Positions 11,687 to 24,808 of a stretch of DNA of 64,000 nt are shown here, in pieces. The position numbers were made by a program, and so were the translations under genes. Below the pieces are notes generated by a model. It had not been told where the DNA came from, ran no database searches, and saw nothing but the letters and a program-made list of their open reading frames with translations. This DNA comes from Callorhinchus milii (lineage: Eukaryota): assembly GCF_018977255.1 (NCBI RefSeq), contig NW_024704742.1, positions 10,232,001 through 10,296,000 on the forward strand, in the 5' to 3' direction. Position 1 is the stretch's first letter, and every line of letters begins with the position of its first letter.

Positions 11687-12499
11687 GTAAGTTGATCTAT
11701 TTTTAAATTCCAATGTGTATCTTCCCTTCTCGAGGATAGACAGACAGACCGACCGACTGATTGTTCAGTTGGCCTGGTGTAGCACTGACAGCGGGAAGAT
11801 TCCAGTGGTTTTAATGAGAAGAAAGGAAGGTCAAATGTAGAGAGGAGCAGGTACCTGGGGTGTTAAGACCATGTAAACAAGAGCATCAGATTACTTCTTT
11901 TGCTTCCTGCCTCTGTTGGTTTCCAAACAACGTTCTCCAACCCAGACGTTCACCAGACATCTTGTTTCAAGGTTTATCCTGAAGTTAAATCTTCAGCCAC
12001 CCGGAAGAGTGAAAGCTGTGTTTGCTTCTTCTTTCATCTAAATTTGATATGACTGATATCAAACTGAAAAATTCAGATGCCAACAGAATTAGAAAACAGA
12101 ACACTGGGACAGGAATAAAGAAATGAGCAACTCAAACTTTAGACATGTTGAATAAATGGAACTAGAAAGAGTACAGTATGTACAACGAAGAACTGAATAA
12201 GATTAGAAAACTGAGAGAGAAAGTGAAGAGCAGAATAGGAAAATAAATTCTAAATCTGATGTCTTTCATTCTTAATTTTATTTTTATTCCTTGGTTATTC
12301 ATATATCAGCTATAAGATAATGCCACCTGGTGGTAACCTTTACAATTCTTTCTGTTCAACCAATGGTCAGACGACATCTGTAGGAATCGGGATTGGTGAT
12401 TTTTAAATAGATACCTTTACAATATGTCTTAGGTCAATTAATAGAAAATAATAATCCCTGAATTTGAAAGAAACTTCCTTTTCTTTTTGAATAGTGCAA

Positions 12500-12872
12500 T
12501 GGGAGTCCTGTACCTTAGTGGTTAGAGCACTCACTTTGCAAGTGAGAGGACCTGGGTTCAATTCCCCGCAGATCAAAACCTTAAGCAAGTTTCCTTATTC
12601 CACATGTTTCTGTTTACCCAGCAGGAAGTAGGAACCTGGTTGTCAGTTGATTGATTGGCGGATCTTTTCCCAGGGGTAATAATCCCTTCAAAGAAAATAT
12701 AATAATAATTTGACTGTTTGTAGGACGCTGCTGTGCGTAATTGGTTGCTGCGTTTCGTCCAAATATACAGTTAATTCTCTTTACAGTATATTTACAGTGT
12801 ATTCTGTGAAGCACTTTGAGACGTCTTGAAGATGTGTTAAGGCACTATATGAAATGCAAGGATTATTATTAT
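12500..12872 (+). mobile_element. full-length tRNA(Ala)-derived SINE
   Basis: Head gggagtcctgtaccttagtggttagagcactcactttgcaagtgag...gggttcaattccc; tail aaatgcaaggattattattat. Confidence 0.9.
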
Positions 12873-13140
12873 CAACATCTACTTGAACGAGCAGAAGAAT
12901 CTCAGTTTAACATCTCTTCCAAAGGTCGGCACCTTAAACAAAACAGCACCCAGCGCTGTATTGGAGTGTCAGTCAGGATTTGGAGTTCAAAGTTCCAATG
13001 TGGATCTTGAAACTCATAAGGTTTCTAAGACAAGCCTCGGATCTCACCAACCTGTATCCGATACTCTCTGGAATTAGGTATGCAAAATGCAACCTTCGAG
13101 GGAAAGAGTTTCACTCAATTTCCATCTGCAATTGGATTGA

Positions 13141-13668
13141 AACAAAGGACATACTCGCCTTAGAGGGGGTGCAGTATAGATTCACTAGGTTAGTTCCTGG
13201 GATGAGGAGGTTGACATATGAGGATAGGTTGAAACTAGAGTAAACTAGGCCTATATTGTTTAGAATATAGAAGAATTAGGGATGATCTTATAGAAACCTA
13301 TAGGATTCTTATGGGGCTTGACAGAGTAGACAGTGTGAGACTGTTTCCCCTGGTAGGAGAACCTATAACTAGAGATCACAGTTTTAATATTAAGGGTCAG
13401 CCCTTTCAAACAGAGTTGAGGAAACACTTCTTCACTCAAAGGGTAGTGAATTTATGGAATTTTCTACCCCAGAAGGTTGTAGATGCTCAGTCCTTGAACA
13501 TATTCAAGACTGAGATTGATAATTTCTAAAGGATAGAGGGATTAAGGGATATGGGTATAGGGCGGGCAGATGAAGCTAGGTTAGAAGATCAGCCATGATC
13601 TTATTGAATGGCGGGGCAGGCTCGAGGGGCCGAATGGCCTACTCCTGCTCCTAATTCCTATGTTCCTA
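13141..13668 (+). mobile_element. CR1 LINE 3' fragment, same subfamily as 5520-6553
   Basis: KDILALEGVQYRFTRLVPGMRRLTYEDRL and LRKHFFTQRVVNLWN..PQK.VDAQSL. The 3' UTR gatcagccatgatctt..aatggcggggcaggctcgagggg closely matches 6465-6520. Confidence 0.9.
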
Positions 13669-13903
13669 TCATGTGATTGGAGCATTAGGGATGTCCTCCC
13701 AACATGAAAGGTGCTATACAAATGTAATTTTGTACTAATTTTATGTGTTTTATTGTGTTTTATCAGCACCTTGGGACGTTCTCCTGATGTGAAAATTACA
13801 AAATGGTGTTACAGAGTTTAGACTTCTACTAATCGAGCAATACCATGTCCAGCAGCATTACCAACCATGTGGCTCACGTCCCCTCCCCTTAATATGTAAT
13901 TGA

Positions 13904-14173
<270 letters not shown>

Positions 14174-14444
14174 TAAACTGTGTGGGGAAACAATTGCGTC
14201 ATTCAGCTTCCCAGTTAACAATGAGTAAACCCAGTTGACCAAACAGATTACAGGTTTGTTTGGTCCCTGAACATTATGACTCAGTCAGTGACATTCTTGC
14301 CTCTCGAGTCAGATGGTTGTGGATCCAAATCACTATTGAATTCATTAGTCTAGGCCAGAATGATCCAACTGTCAACCAGAGGGGGATGATTTGGCTGCTA
14401 GGTTACGCCTGCAAAATATACAGTCAATTCACTTTATGGTATAA

Positions 14445-15092
14445 ACAAAACGCAAAATACTGCCGATGATGGAAATCTGAAACAAAACAATAGTCGCTGG
14501 AAGCACTCAGCAGGTCAGGCAGCATCTATGAAGAAAGGAAAGTGACTCAACATTTCAGGTCCACAACCCTTCATCAGAACTGGGGCACGTTGGGAGGGAG
14601 AGGATTTTAAGGGCTATCAGAAAGGGGGGAGACAGTGTAAGAAAGACAAAGAAGAAAATGAGGTAGAGGACAGGGGATGATGGGCTAAAGAAGTGATAAT
14701 GATGCAAACAAAGGGGGGGTGTTGCAACAAAACACGGGGAAAAGGTGTTAATAATACAAAACAAAAGGGGGGAAATATTGAAACAAAACAGGCTGACCAG
14801 AGAGAGAAAATGTGTGTCTCGGACCCAGATGATGTGGTGATGTTCACAGAAGAGACGGAGGGAGAAGGTGAGCTGTTATGGTCTGAAATTATTGAAATCA
14901 TTATTGAGGCCAGAGGGGCTATAAGGTCCCTAGCAGATAGATGAGCTTCTGTTCCTCGAGCTTGTGGTTCATTGGAACAGCGTAGGAGTCCGTGGATGGA
15001 GAGGTCAGAGTGCGAGTGGAAATGACAGTCAAAGTGGCAAGAAACCGGAAGCTCAGGATTGTGCTTGTGGACAGAATGGAGGTGTTTGGAGG
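14445..15092 (-). mobile_element. Penelope-like retroelement 3' fragment (GIY-YIG endonuclease C-terminus and terminal region)
   Basis: The - strand frames give KHLHSVHKHNPELPVSCHF...HSHSDLSIHGLLRCSNEPQ / KLEEQKLIYLLGTL..P..(L)N.DFNNFR, typical of the Penelope GIY-YIG C-terminus. The terminal part reads gatgctgcctgacctgctgagtgcttccagc...tttcagatttcca. Confidence 0.8.
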
Positions 15093-15708
15093 TTGTATGT
15101 GAGACACTGCTGTGTACAAATTGCCACTGTGTTTTGTAGGCAAACGTGGCAATCACTATTCTATACTCTGTGAAGGGCTTTGAGATATTTTGACAAAGGA
15201 ATGAATAACATGAATGGATTATAATAATAATAATACTCCTTGCATTTGATATAGCACCTTATCATTTCATCGAGACATATCAAAGCAGGAAATGAGTGGA
15301 GTACTACGTTTTGTAGACAAAATGTGGCAACCAATGGGGCACAGCATGTCCCCACAAACAGCCATGGAGTGAGTGAACAATTTTATTTGGCGGATTGTTA
15401 GCCATTGGCTTGATTCGCAGGCCCATCAGCCGATCGGAAGTGAAGACACCCCAACAAGGACCCCGCCAGACCAGAAGTGGGTGGGTGCCACAATGATTGC
15501 TGTGTGTTGGGGCTACTCGTAGGACTGGCTGTGGTCCTCCTCAGGGCTCAGGGCAGATTTGGAGGGAGGAGGGGTGGGTGAGGCTGCGCTCCCACGAGCC
15601 CCACTAGCCACTAGCCCCTAGCCCCAGTCACCGGACAAATATGGTCTTTATTGTTCCACAACATTGACCACTTTAACTTTGGCCTTTGTTGTTCTTGTCT
15701 TCTGACAG

Positions 15709-15801
15709 GATGAGCCAATTACATCAGCGGGTGCAGAAGTCTTAATCACCCCATGCGGTCAGATCAAGGACCTTCCAGACTATGCTGGTCTCTTCTATTG
15801 A
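15709..15801 (+). CDS. SH2D4A: SH2D4A terminal coding exon with stop codon
   Basis: Pyrimidine tract and ctgacAG (15707-15708). Translates DEPITSAGAEVLITPCGQIKDLPDYAGLFY-TGA(15799-15801), matching the SH2D4A C-terminus EEPITS.G.E.L..PCGQ...LPDY..LF. Too short to appear in the ORF track. Confidence 0.93.
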   Translation, partial: DEPITSAGAEVLITPCGQIKDLPDYAGLFY

Positions 15802-15914
15802 ATTCTTCAAAACCAAGAATTGTCAATCTTCCTTCAACCTTGTCATCTGAGCAAATATTTGAAAAAGGTAATTGAGCCAAAGATTAAGTCTCAATTTCTA
15901 TGGGAATTTCTATA

Positions 15915-16379
15915 CAGTAAAACCCTGGCTAGCTGAAACAATGGGGAAGGAGTGAGCAGGGTTGCCGGAAATTACAATAATTTGTAGCAAGAGGTCAACC
16001 AAACACTAGCCCAAAAGTGTTCGCTGCTATAGGGCAGCAGAGTGGCCAATGTAGGTCAGTGATTTTGCAACTGTGTAAGGAAAGGTCTTCAAAGGGGGGA
16101 AAAAAAACATTTTCCAGGTTTAAATAATTTTTTTTAAAAGCTAGACACCGTCCCAAAGCCAAATTTTCATGCATTGAACAACAAAAAAGCATAGCTATTG
16201 GACGTGAACCCACCCAATCCGACAATGTTGCCAACGAGTCAGAATTTCTGGCTAAATGTAATTCCAGTATCGGCATTTACTGGGGCATTTGTTTGGGAAA
16301 TTATTTTTAAATTTCTTGCCATTTCATGCCCCGTCTGCTAGATCCGAATTCCAAGGTCCAGTGTGTTGGGGGTTTACTG
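15915..16379. mobile_element. probable old Tc1/mariner-pogo (Tigger-like) non-autonomous DNA element in the SH2D4A 3' UTR
   Basis: Begins TA|CAGTAAAACCC and ends GGGGTTTACTG|TA, i.e. short inverted termini flanked by TA on both sides. Confidence 0.45.
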
Positions 16380-16884
16380 TATATTTCTGTACAGAAAGAA
16401 TATAAATCTTATCATATATCCAGTCTGAAATGGACACAATTCTCTTACTAGATTGCCTGGTATATATGTAACATCTACAGTATGTTGCTGTATTTTTGTG
16501 GGACTGGATAGTTTCTCATGACAATTTGAAGGTATACATTTTTGTATATCGTATATCGGGATGATGTTTGATTGATTGTGAGGCAAAGGAGTAGAACTAT
16601 CCTCATTTTATTTACAAATGCTGGACATCTTGAAAGGTTCATTGTTTACTGCTATATTCTGCCTGCATTTGACAAGATGTGACGATGTGCTAGTATTGTG
16701 CACCTCCTAATTGTGCCATTGTGTATTGTAAGAAACATACTTTCATAGTTATAAAATAATCTGTGGTGTTTCACATGGTTGGAAGAGAGCTAATTCTGCG
16801 TTTCCAGATATGCCACAAATCGGTACCTGAGCAGTATCAAAGCCAGTTGTGATGTTCAAAGATCATATATTTTCCTGTGAATTT

Positions 16885-16890
16885 AATAAA
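16885..16890 (+). promoter_or_regulatory. candidate polyadenylation signal of SH2D4A (AATAAA; a second at 17038-17043)
   Basis: AATAAA about 1.08 kb past the stop, at the end of an AU/GU-rich stretch and followed by ttgtgctattgttg. Use is not verifiable from sequence alone. Confidence 0.45.
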
Positions 16891-17754
16891 GTGCAATTGT
16901 GCTATTGTTGGCAAAGATTCCATTTATTTTGATAATCATTTGAATGTTTCCAATTCTTTGTCTTTCTCCATCCTACTTATGCACTGGATGAAAATGACTG
17001 GTTCCTGTGTTAGCAACTTGGCCAAACCGGGAATTAAAATAAAGTCCTCCATCTCGTGGTTATAATAATAATCCTGACATTGGCTATAGTGCCTTTCACA
17101 TCAAGAGGACGTCCCAAAGTGCTTCACAGTACTGTAAAGCATAGTGACTGTGTGTTTTGTAGGCAAGGTGTTGGGAAATGATAACCTACCTCTTCTTCAA
17201 CAATAATAGGCTCCTTGTTCACTCTCTTTGATAATGTGACAATGACCCAAGTTGACCATTTTTTTAAAAAAAACGGAGTGTTGTGAATTGTTATTTACGG
17301 CAGAGCAGAATTCTATTGGGATTTTTTGGTCACTTGCACAACTTGAGGCAGGGCTTATACTGCTTTTACTCGAACCACTATCAAGGTCCTGCAATGATTT
17401 TTATTCTGCTTCCAAGTCAGCTGCATCTGGCACCTGTTGAGCAACTCCACCCAGCCAGCATACCTGGGCTTTGTGCCTCCATTTTGTGCTCTGCAAAGCA
17501 TGTGTTCAATTGATCTGTGTGTCATTTGGAGCATTAGAAAGGGGGTCAGGTCAGTGGTATTTGAGTAAAGGTAGAATTGAGACTTACTGCTGAATTGAAA
17601 ACAGTCTAACATGATGATACTGTGGTGTATGGGGCCCATAATAAATCAACTCAACAGCGTTTCTTTTTATAAACTGGGAACTGGATAAACAGACTGTAGT
17701 AAGCACACTGTTAGGGGCGAACGGCAATATAATAATCAATGTCGGCTGCATCAT

Positions 17755-18052
17755 GTGGAGTCCTGTAGCTCAGTGGTTAGAGCACTCACTTTGCAAGTGA
17801 GAGACCTGAATTCAATTCCAGGCAGAGGGCGAAACCTTGGGCAAGTTTCCTTACTCCACACGCCTAATAATAATCCCTCCAAAACAAAACAATAATAAAT
17901 TGGTCATTTTCAATCCATGACTGTTTGTGGGACATTGTTGTGCGCAATTGGCTGCCGCGTTCGCCCACAAATATACAGTCAATTCACTTTACAGTATATT
18001 CTGTGAAGCGCTTTGGGATGTCTAGAAGATTATTATTATTATTATTATTATC
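17755..18052 (+). mobile_element. tRNA-derived SINE with internal deletions
   Basis: gtggagtcctgtagctcagtggttagagcactcactttgcaagtgag...; (TTA)n tail at ~18030-18050. Confidence 0.88.
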
Positions 18053-18756
18053 ATCATTGGCTTCTCTGCAAGGCTTAACCGAAAGTGTGAATTGAGAGTC
18101 CAGTGTCTCGTTTAGCGTTACACAAATAGGAGCCAGATATCAAATGGTACCTTCAGTGAATTAGTGAAACAGCCAGAAGAGAGCAGGATGGTTTCATAGA
18201 ATTATACAGCACAGAAGGAGGTTATTCGGCCCATCATGTCTGTGGCTTTTTGAAAAGAGCTTCCAAATCAATCCCTCTCCCCTGCTCTCTCCCCATAGCC
18301 CTGCAAACTTGTCCTCTTCAAATAATTATCTACTTCTCTCTTAAAAGTTGTTTGCAGAGAATTTCCCCTCCAGATAGCCCTGCAGCTCTACTGCTCAGAG
18401 CTGCCCAGGATTTGATGGTTTGGGCCTGGTTTAATGGTGAAACACAATTTTTGGCACCATAAAATGGCTCTATATTGCAGTGTGTATTTGGAACTGACTG
18501 TTAGCTGAAAATCTGTCCACTCTGATGTGTCTGACTGATGATTGTTTTGTAATGTTGCCAGAAAAGCAACTGAGCAGGGGTGGGGAGTGATGGGGAGCCC
18601 CACTCTAGCTTAAATAATACTAATAATCCTTATATTTGATATGGCGCCTTATCATGTCGTCGAGACATTTCAAAGCGCAGAATGTATTGTAAAGTGAATT
18701 GACTATATTTTGTGGGCGAAACGTGGCAGCCAATGTCAGACAGCAGTGTCCCATTT

Positions 18757-20012
18757 TATAAAGGTATGAAGGTTCATCATAACTTCCTGCCTTTTGCATT
18801 CTATGCCCCTATTTATAAAGCCTAGTATCCTGTATGCTTTTTTAACAGCTTTATCTACCTGCCCTGCCACCTTCAAAGATTTACTTATATGAACCCCCAG
18901 GTCTCTGTGTTCCTTCACCCCCTTTAAGATTGTACCATCATTATGGTACATAATGGTATCATTATGCCTCTTCTCATTCTTCCTCCCAAAATGCATTTCT
19001 CCACATTAAACATCATCTGCTACATGTCTGCCCATTTACCAGTCTGTTTATGTCCATTTGCAGTCTGCTACTATTCTCCTCACTGTTTACTACTTTTCCT
19101 AGCTTAGTGTCATCTGCAAACTTGGAAATTGTACTCCCTATACCCAAGTCCAGGTCATTTATACAGATCATAACCAGCAGTGGTCCCAATACTGACCCCT
19201 GGGGGACACCACTGTACACTTCCCTTCAGTCAGAAAAACAACCGTTCACCACCACTCTACTTTCTGTCTCCCAACCAGTTCTGTATCCATGCTGCCACTA
19301 TCCCTTTAATACCGTGGGCTTCTATTTTGCTTACAAGTCTCTTATGTGGCACTTTATCAAACGCCTTTTGAAAATCCATATAAACTGTATCAACTGCACT
19401 ACCTTCATCCACCCTCTCTGTTACTTCATCAAAAAACTCTTCAGGTTTGTTAGACATGATTTGCCTTTAACAAATCCGTGTTGGCTGTCTTTTATTAATT
19501 TTTTGAGTGAAAATGATTTTGTTCCAGATTATAGTCTCTAGAAGTTTCCCCACTACTGACGTAAGGCTGATTGGCCTGCAGTGCCCGGGTTTCTCCTTCT
19601 GCCCCTTTTTGTACAGGGGAGTAACATTTGCAACCCTCTGGCACCACCCTGCATCCAAGGAGGATTGAAACATTATGGCCAGAGCCTCTGTTATTTCCAG
19701 CCTTACTTCCCTCAGTAACCTAGGATGCAACCCGTCCAGACCGGGTGACTTATGTACCTTGAGCACCAACAACCTTTGTAGTACCTCCTCTTGGTTTATT
19801 CTTATCCAATTTCTCTACCCTCTGATACTGTGGCATTGGCTGCATCATCTTCTTTTCATTCAGTACATCAGCCATGCCCTCTGCCTCCACAAGAAGATTT
19901 CCTCTTTGGTCCGTAATTGGACCCACCCTACCTTTGACTAACCTTTAATTCTTAATTTGCTTATAAAATACCTTAGGGTTCCCTTTCATGTTACCCGCTA
20001 ATCTTTTCTTTA
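18757..20012 (-). mobile_element. degenerate CR1 LINE ORF2 internal fragment (RT domain), intergenic
   Basis: [93 protein letters not shown], spread over several frames. Confidence 0.92.
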
Positions 20013-20174
20013 TTCTGGTCTTTGTTTGAAGGGTTTGTTGAGTGGTAGGTGATGAAATTAAGTAGGATGCGTTGTGATGTGGGTTATAATTTTGTGTAAC
20101 AGCGCAGCTTAAAATAAGCAGTGTTATCAGCTGGTGAAAAGCCAATTATAACACAGCCACCAACAGTTTGTATA

Positions 20175-20180
20175 TTTATT
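20175..20180 (-). promoter_or_regulatory. candidate distal polyadenylation signal of CSGALNACT1 (AATAAA on the - strand)
   Basis: On the - strand a U-rich stretch (tgtaaaatactgtacag...tttgtgtttattttgg...ttttgtttgtaaatg) is followed by AATAAA and then GU-rich ctgttggtggctgtgtt. Other tttatt sites nearer the stop (e.g. ~24528, ~22573, ~22686) could also be used. Confidence 0.45.
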
Positions 20181-23100
20181 TCTGATGAAGCTCTTCATTC
20201 TTCAGCATTTACAAACAAAAGTGACCAAAATAAACACAAAGAACACCTGACGCTTATGCAAATCCAGATTTCTGTACAGTATTTTACATTGATTTAAATA
20301 AACATTTTTGAAAAAAAAACACATGTTTGTGGCTATATGAAATGTCAATGTTCCTGAATGCAAAACATTCTGCAGTGGATATAACATAGCTGGGCATAGC
20401 GCTGACCCAGTGATCCTGGTATTTAGGTCTTGCATCCAGATGAGATTGTCATTCTGTTCAGAATACTGAGCAGCACATCAAACAGATGCCCTGAAGTGCC
20501 AGTTTTGCTCCATAATTCATGTGCTGCCTGTCTCAATTCTCAGAAAGAGCTTCTGACTGAAAGCGTCTGACTTCTATTACATTACACTTGTCAAAGCCTT
20601 TAAGCAAACATCATGCACACATTCACTCGCGGGCACTGGGGAGATCTCAATCCCTTTCCACCCACGTTGACATCAACAAGAAGATTTGAGCTTCTAGCTG
20701 TGAAAATTGCGGCTGAATTATGCTCCTGTACTATAAAAAACATATTTTGCTTCACCAACTCCCCACCAGCACCCCAGTTTGGTACAGTGAACAGAAGAAC
20801 TGTAAGCATTTCAACTGGGTTATGATCCTGAAATGTGTGCTGAGGCTAGAAAGAATTCGCCAGGCAGGACATGACTGTTGTCTTTCTTGCCCCTCCTGTC
20901 TTACAGATAGTGATATCTGTTGGAAGGTGATTTTGTTAGGTACTTGATGATATTTCAGCCTCATACCCTTGCCTAAGCCCTCACCTGCACCCCCCACCTT
21001 CTTGATCTCCCAATTCCTCACCAATCCCCTGCTTCCCCCACACGCCCACACCATCCTTGGCCAAATGCAGTGTCCCCACAACACTGTCTCACTTTAGTGC
21101 CATTCCCTAGCAAGTATAAGATCAATGTAATTAATCAAAATCACGCTGGTGTCAACTCATTAGGAAAAAAATATTTCAGCCCATTTAGAATGTATAAAAC
21201 CTCAACTATATTCCCTGCAGCACACACGGAAGAGAATTCTGTGTCAAATACTGACTGCTTGGTAAAAAACCATGTGTGGTCATGTCACAGTAGCACTGTC
21301 TTTAACAGGACACCTTGACAAACAGATCAAACCCCAATGAACTGACAGCAATGTTACATTTGCACTCACAGGATAATTGTTTCCAAGGCATTAAAAATGA
21401 CTCAAAGACAAACCATTTGAGCTCACTCTCATAAGTCTAAATGCCACTTTAACACTCTTGATGTGCAGATGTCCAGCAGACCTCCAGCGCAGTAAGCTTG
21501 CTGTATTTATCATATTCCTGATTCAACACACTTCCTGTTCTCACCCAGAAGAGCTTTTGTTAAAACATTAGCAACAGGCGCATGGCACACTGCCTGATAC
21601 TTTGGGAAAACCTGAAATATCTTAGCCAAAGGTTTAAACAGTCGTGAATAAAACAAGGTTTATGTAAACAATGTCCTTTTGAAATGAGACTTTGCACCCA
21701 TCAAAAATGACAATTTTGAAAGCGTCAATCTGAAGACCTAGCAAACCTGACCCACACAGTTTAGTTTACAAATACTGCATAGATTTTAACCGGAAACCTG
21801 TTTGGTCTGGGGTATTTTGCAGTTATTCTTTTTTAGNAAAAAATTACCCTGGAAGTATCAGGTTTACTGGGCATAAGTGAGAGGTTGTCCTGTCCTTACT
21901 TCCCCAACTATGCTTCCTGTTAGAAAGAGGAGACTGGCAGACACCACCTCACTCCTGGTTAACTAGGTTAGTCCATGTTATAGAGTTTGAACTGGTATCA
22001 GAGTTCTGTGACCCTGTGTACATACTCCAAACTGGAAGTTGGCGACCTGTTTGCTAAGGAGGCCTAAAGAGAGAAATGGACGGAAACGGCTTACAGTGTG
22101 ACTGAGCATAATCTGTACAATGGCATATTGAGAAAGAAAAATGCACGCTTTATCAGGAGCAGCACAGAAACCTTCCCCCACCTCACACCCAGCACACACT
22201 GTGTACACGCCTGGCTCCATCACGCAGGGTCACGAGATGCCTGTCACACTAGACCAGGATTTGAGGAATATGAGGTGCCAGCTTTTCACACAGATTAATG
22301 TTGCGCCTGTAAAGTGCAAACAGGATTTCACTGTTGACAAACGTGGCTTCATTTTTACAGCCTTTGGTAACTTTTGAAATGTGCGTGTGCATTTTCCTCT
22401 TTCAAACCTTCCTCTTTGACCGTGTTGTCGATCACCTTCCTTTTCCCCACCAACCGCCCTCCACCCTCCCCGATCCCGACTCCCAACTCGGGTCCAAAAC
22501 ACTGATTGTCCAGCGGCTTGGGATGTCCTCTCAACACAAAAGGCGTTATACAAATGTAATGTTTGTTGTTTGTTTATTTCTTCAGGGAATGAAACTGAAC
22601 GTTGATACGATAGGTAATACAGTCCTGCTCTGCAATAAAAACATTCCATCCTCCTTGAGCCTTTGCGTTTCTCCTGCAAACTCTCTTTATTCCTTTGTTA
22701 TGAGTGCTATGATCACTGGTTATGGCAGCGAGTGCTTCTGGTGATCAGCTGATAAGGCAGGCAAGTGATCCCAATTATCGACTGATATCCTATCAGCCAC
22801 TGTCTATCCTTGCACACTTTGTCCTTCGTTAACTACAAGACAGTGACTTGCATCTCCAGAATTTGTAGGTTATTTGGTAACCTTGGTGTTCATTAACTCA
22901 GTGAGCACCATTAACTTGTTCAGGATAACATCAAAAACACTTCATTAACCTTCTGTGTTGGTAGCACTGTTTGTTCGTCTCCTGGTATAAAGTTTATGGA
23001 TTTAAGCTCCATATCAGGTTGTGAGGTTATACTCTAAGGTGACACCACTGTGGTACTGGAGAAGTGCTGCCTTGTCTAAGGTGCGATCTTTCAGATGAGA

Positions 23101-24638
23101 TGTTAAACTGAGGCCTGCCTGATCAGGTGGATGTTAAATGAATGAATCTATCAAGAAAGGGAAAGGAGCTTCATACAGCATCCTGGCTAATGCTCTCTCA
23201 GATGAATTGGCTGATTGTGGGACCCTGTGGTACAAACAACTATCTGGAGAGGACAAGTTTGCAGGGTTATGGGGAGAGAGCAGGGGATTGAATTGGATAG
23301 CTCTTTTCAAAGAAGCAGCACATACACAATGGGCCAAATGGCCTCCTTCTGTGCTGTAGAATTCTATGATTCTATGAAATGGCTCCTGTCAATCATTTTA
23401 CAGTCAAAAAAAACAGTCACTTTAATTAACAGTGATTACCGTGAAGCGCTTTAAGACGTTCCAGCATGAAAAAGCGCTTCAAAAATGCAAGTTCTCTGAT
23501 TATTATTTACCTCCCCCCACACCCCACTCCCACCTGACCATTCTCCTCAAAGACAACCACAAAATAGGCTTCATAGCCCTGGTAACCCACCCACTGAGTG
23601 CTGGGTCAGCTTAAGTGTGTGAAACACAACCAGTACAATGACTCCTGATGTCTTATCTCCCACAACAGAAGGGAGAGCAGATTGTCTAAGCCTGCGAAGT
23701 GAGTCTCACGGGTTAAGCAACAAAACAATTATTAACATTGCAGTTCACTTCTTTGAAACCCCTCCTGACGTCATTGAGGCTCTAGTCAATTACACCAACA
23801 ACAGAAAGTGCTTGTCTAACGTTAATTTACCTGTTATTGCATATAGAGTTAAGATGTGTGCAGCAGAATACAGCATGTTGGCTTTGCAGCTACTGTAAGG
23901 CATATATTTGTACAGTTCAGTACCAAAGACGCTATAAAGATTGCATTCTCAGTAGGTTAGTTGTGTTAGTAAGGCTTGAACTTCATATATACTCGGGTGA
24001 TACACAGCTTAAAGCAAATTGAAACAAAAGTGCAACTGAAGGTAGAAAGTGCACTGTGTTGGAATCATTGTCCACAGCACATTTCAGACTTTGTTTTATA
24101 TATAAAAATTAAGGTCTCTTAGCCACCCTCCTCCTCCCACCTCCCCCTGCCTCACCCAAACAGGTCCTGAATCAGTCTGATAAAGTATTCAATTCACTAT
24201 TTGGATTCTCGCAAAAAAGTCTTTGGGGTAATGACTCTCAGGCAGACAGCTCAGGGAGGCTGACCAGCTGATGGAGTATCAACAACAATTCCACAAAATG
24301 TAAATTTTTTTAAAAAGCAAAATCACAAATACCAAATGATTGACAAGTATCTGACCAGATCAGCCTTCAGACCCTTGAAGTGTTTTAAGTGACACCTTCT
24401 TGCAGAGCAAATCAATCCACTCAACTCAATACAAATGGTCACCTTTTACAGTTTTTTTTAAACATAAATAAGTTTGAACCAGTTTGGCATCTCCAGATTT
24501 GTCAGAAACGTGGAGGTTGTCATCCAGTTTATTATTTCATTGAAGCGCAGCTGGGATGAATTGGAGTAGATAGATGTCATCTTCGATTGACCTTGAAGTC
24601 CAAGACAAAGAGACGTATAAATCTGACCCAGAGAGCGG

Positions 24639-24660
24639 TCTCTCTCTCTCTCTCTCTCTC
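24639..24660. repeat. (CT/AG)n microsatellite in the CSGALNACT1 3' UTR
   Basis: tctctctctctctctctctctc seen directly. Confidence 0.9.
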
Positions 24661-24808
24661 AGGCTGCGATGGGAAACAGTACAATGCTGAACAATACAGA
24701 AAATTCCTGAGGCTTTGATCAGAAAGTAGGCTGGCCAACAACTTTGGCGTTGATCGCTCCAAGATGCTCTCAGACTCTGGCTCATTGCCCTGCGGCGCCT
24801 GCTTTGCT

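Noticed and set aside
20182..20215. CTGATGA hammerhead-like core on the + strand
   Set aside because: No downstream GAAA core or supporting stems.
21837..21837. Single N between T-rich and A-rich runs
   Set aside because: Assembly ambiguity, not a biological feature.
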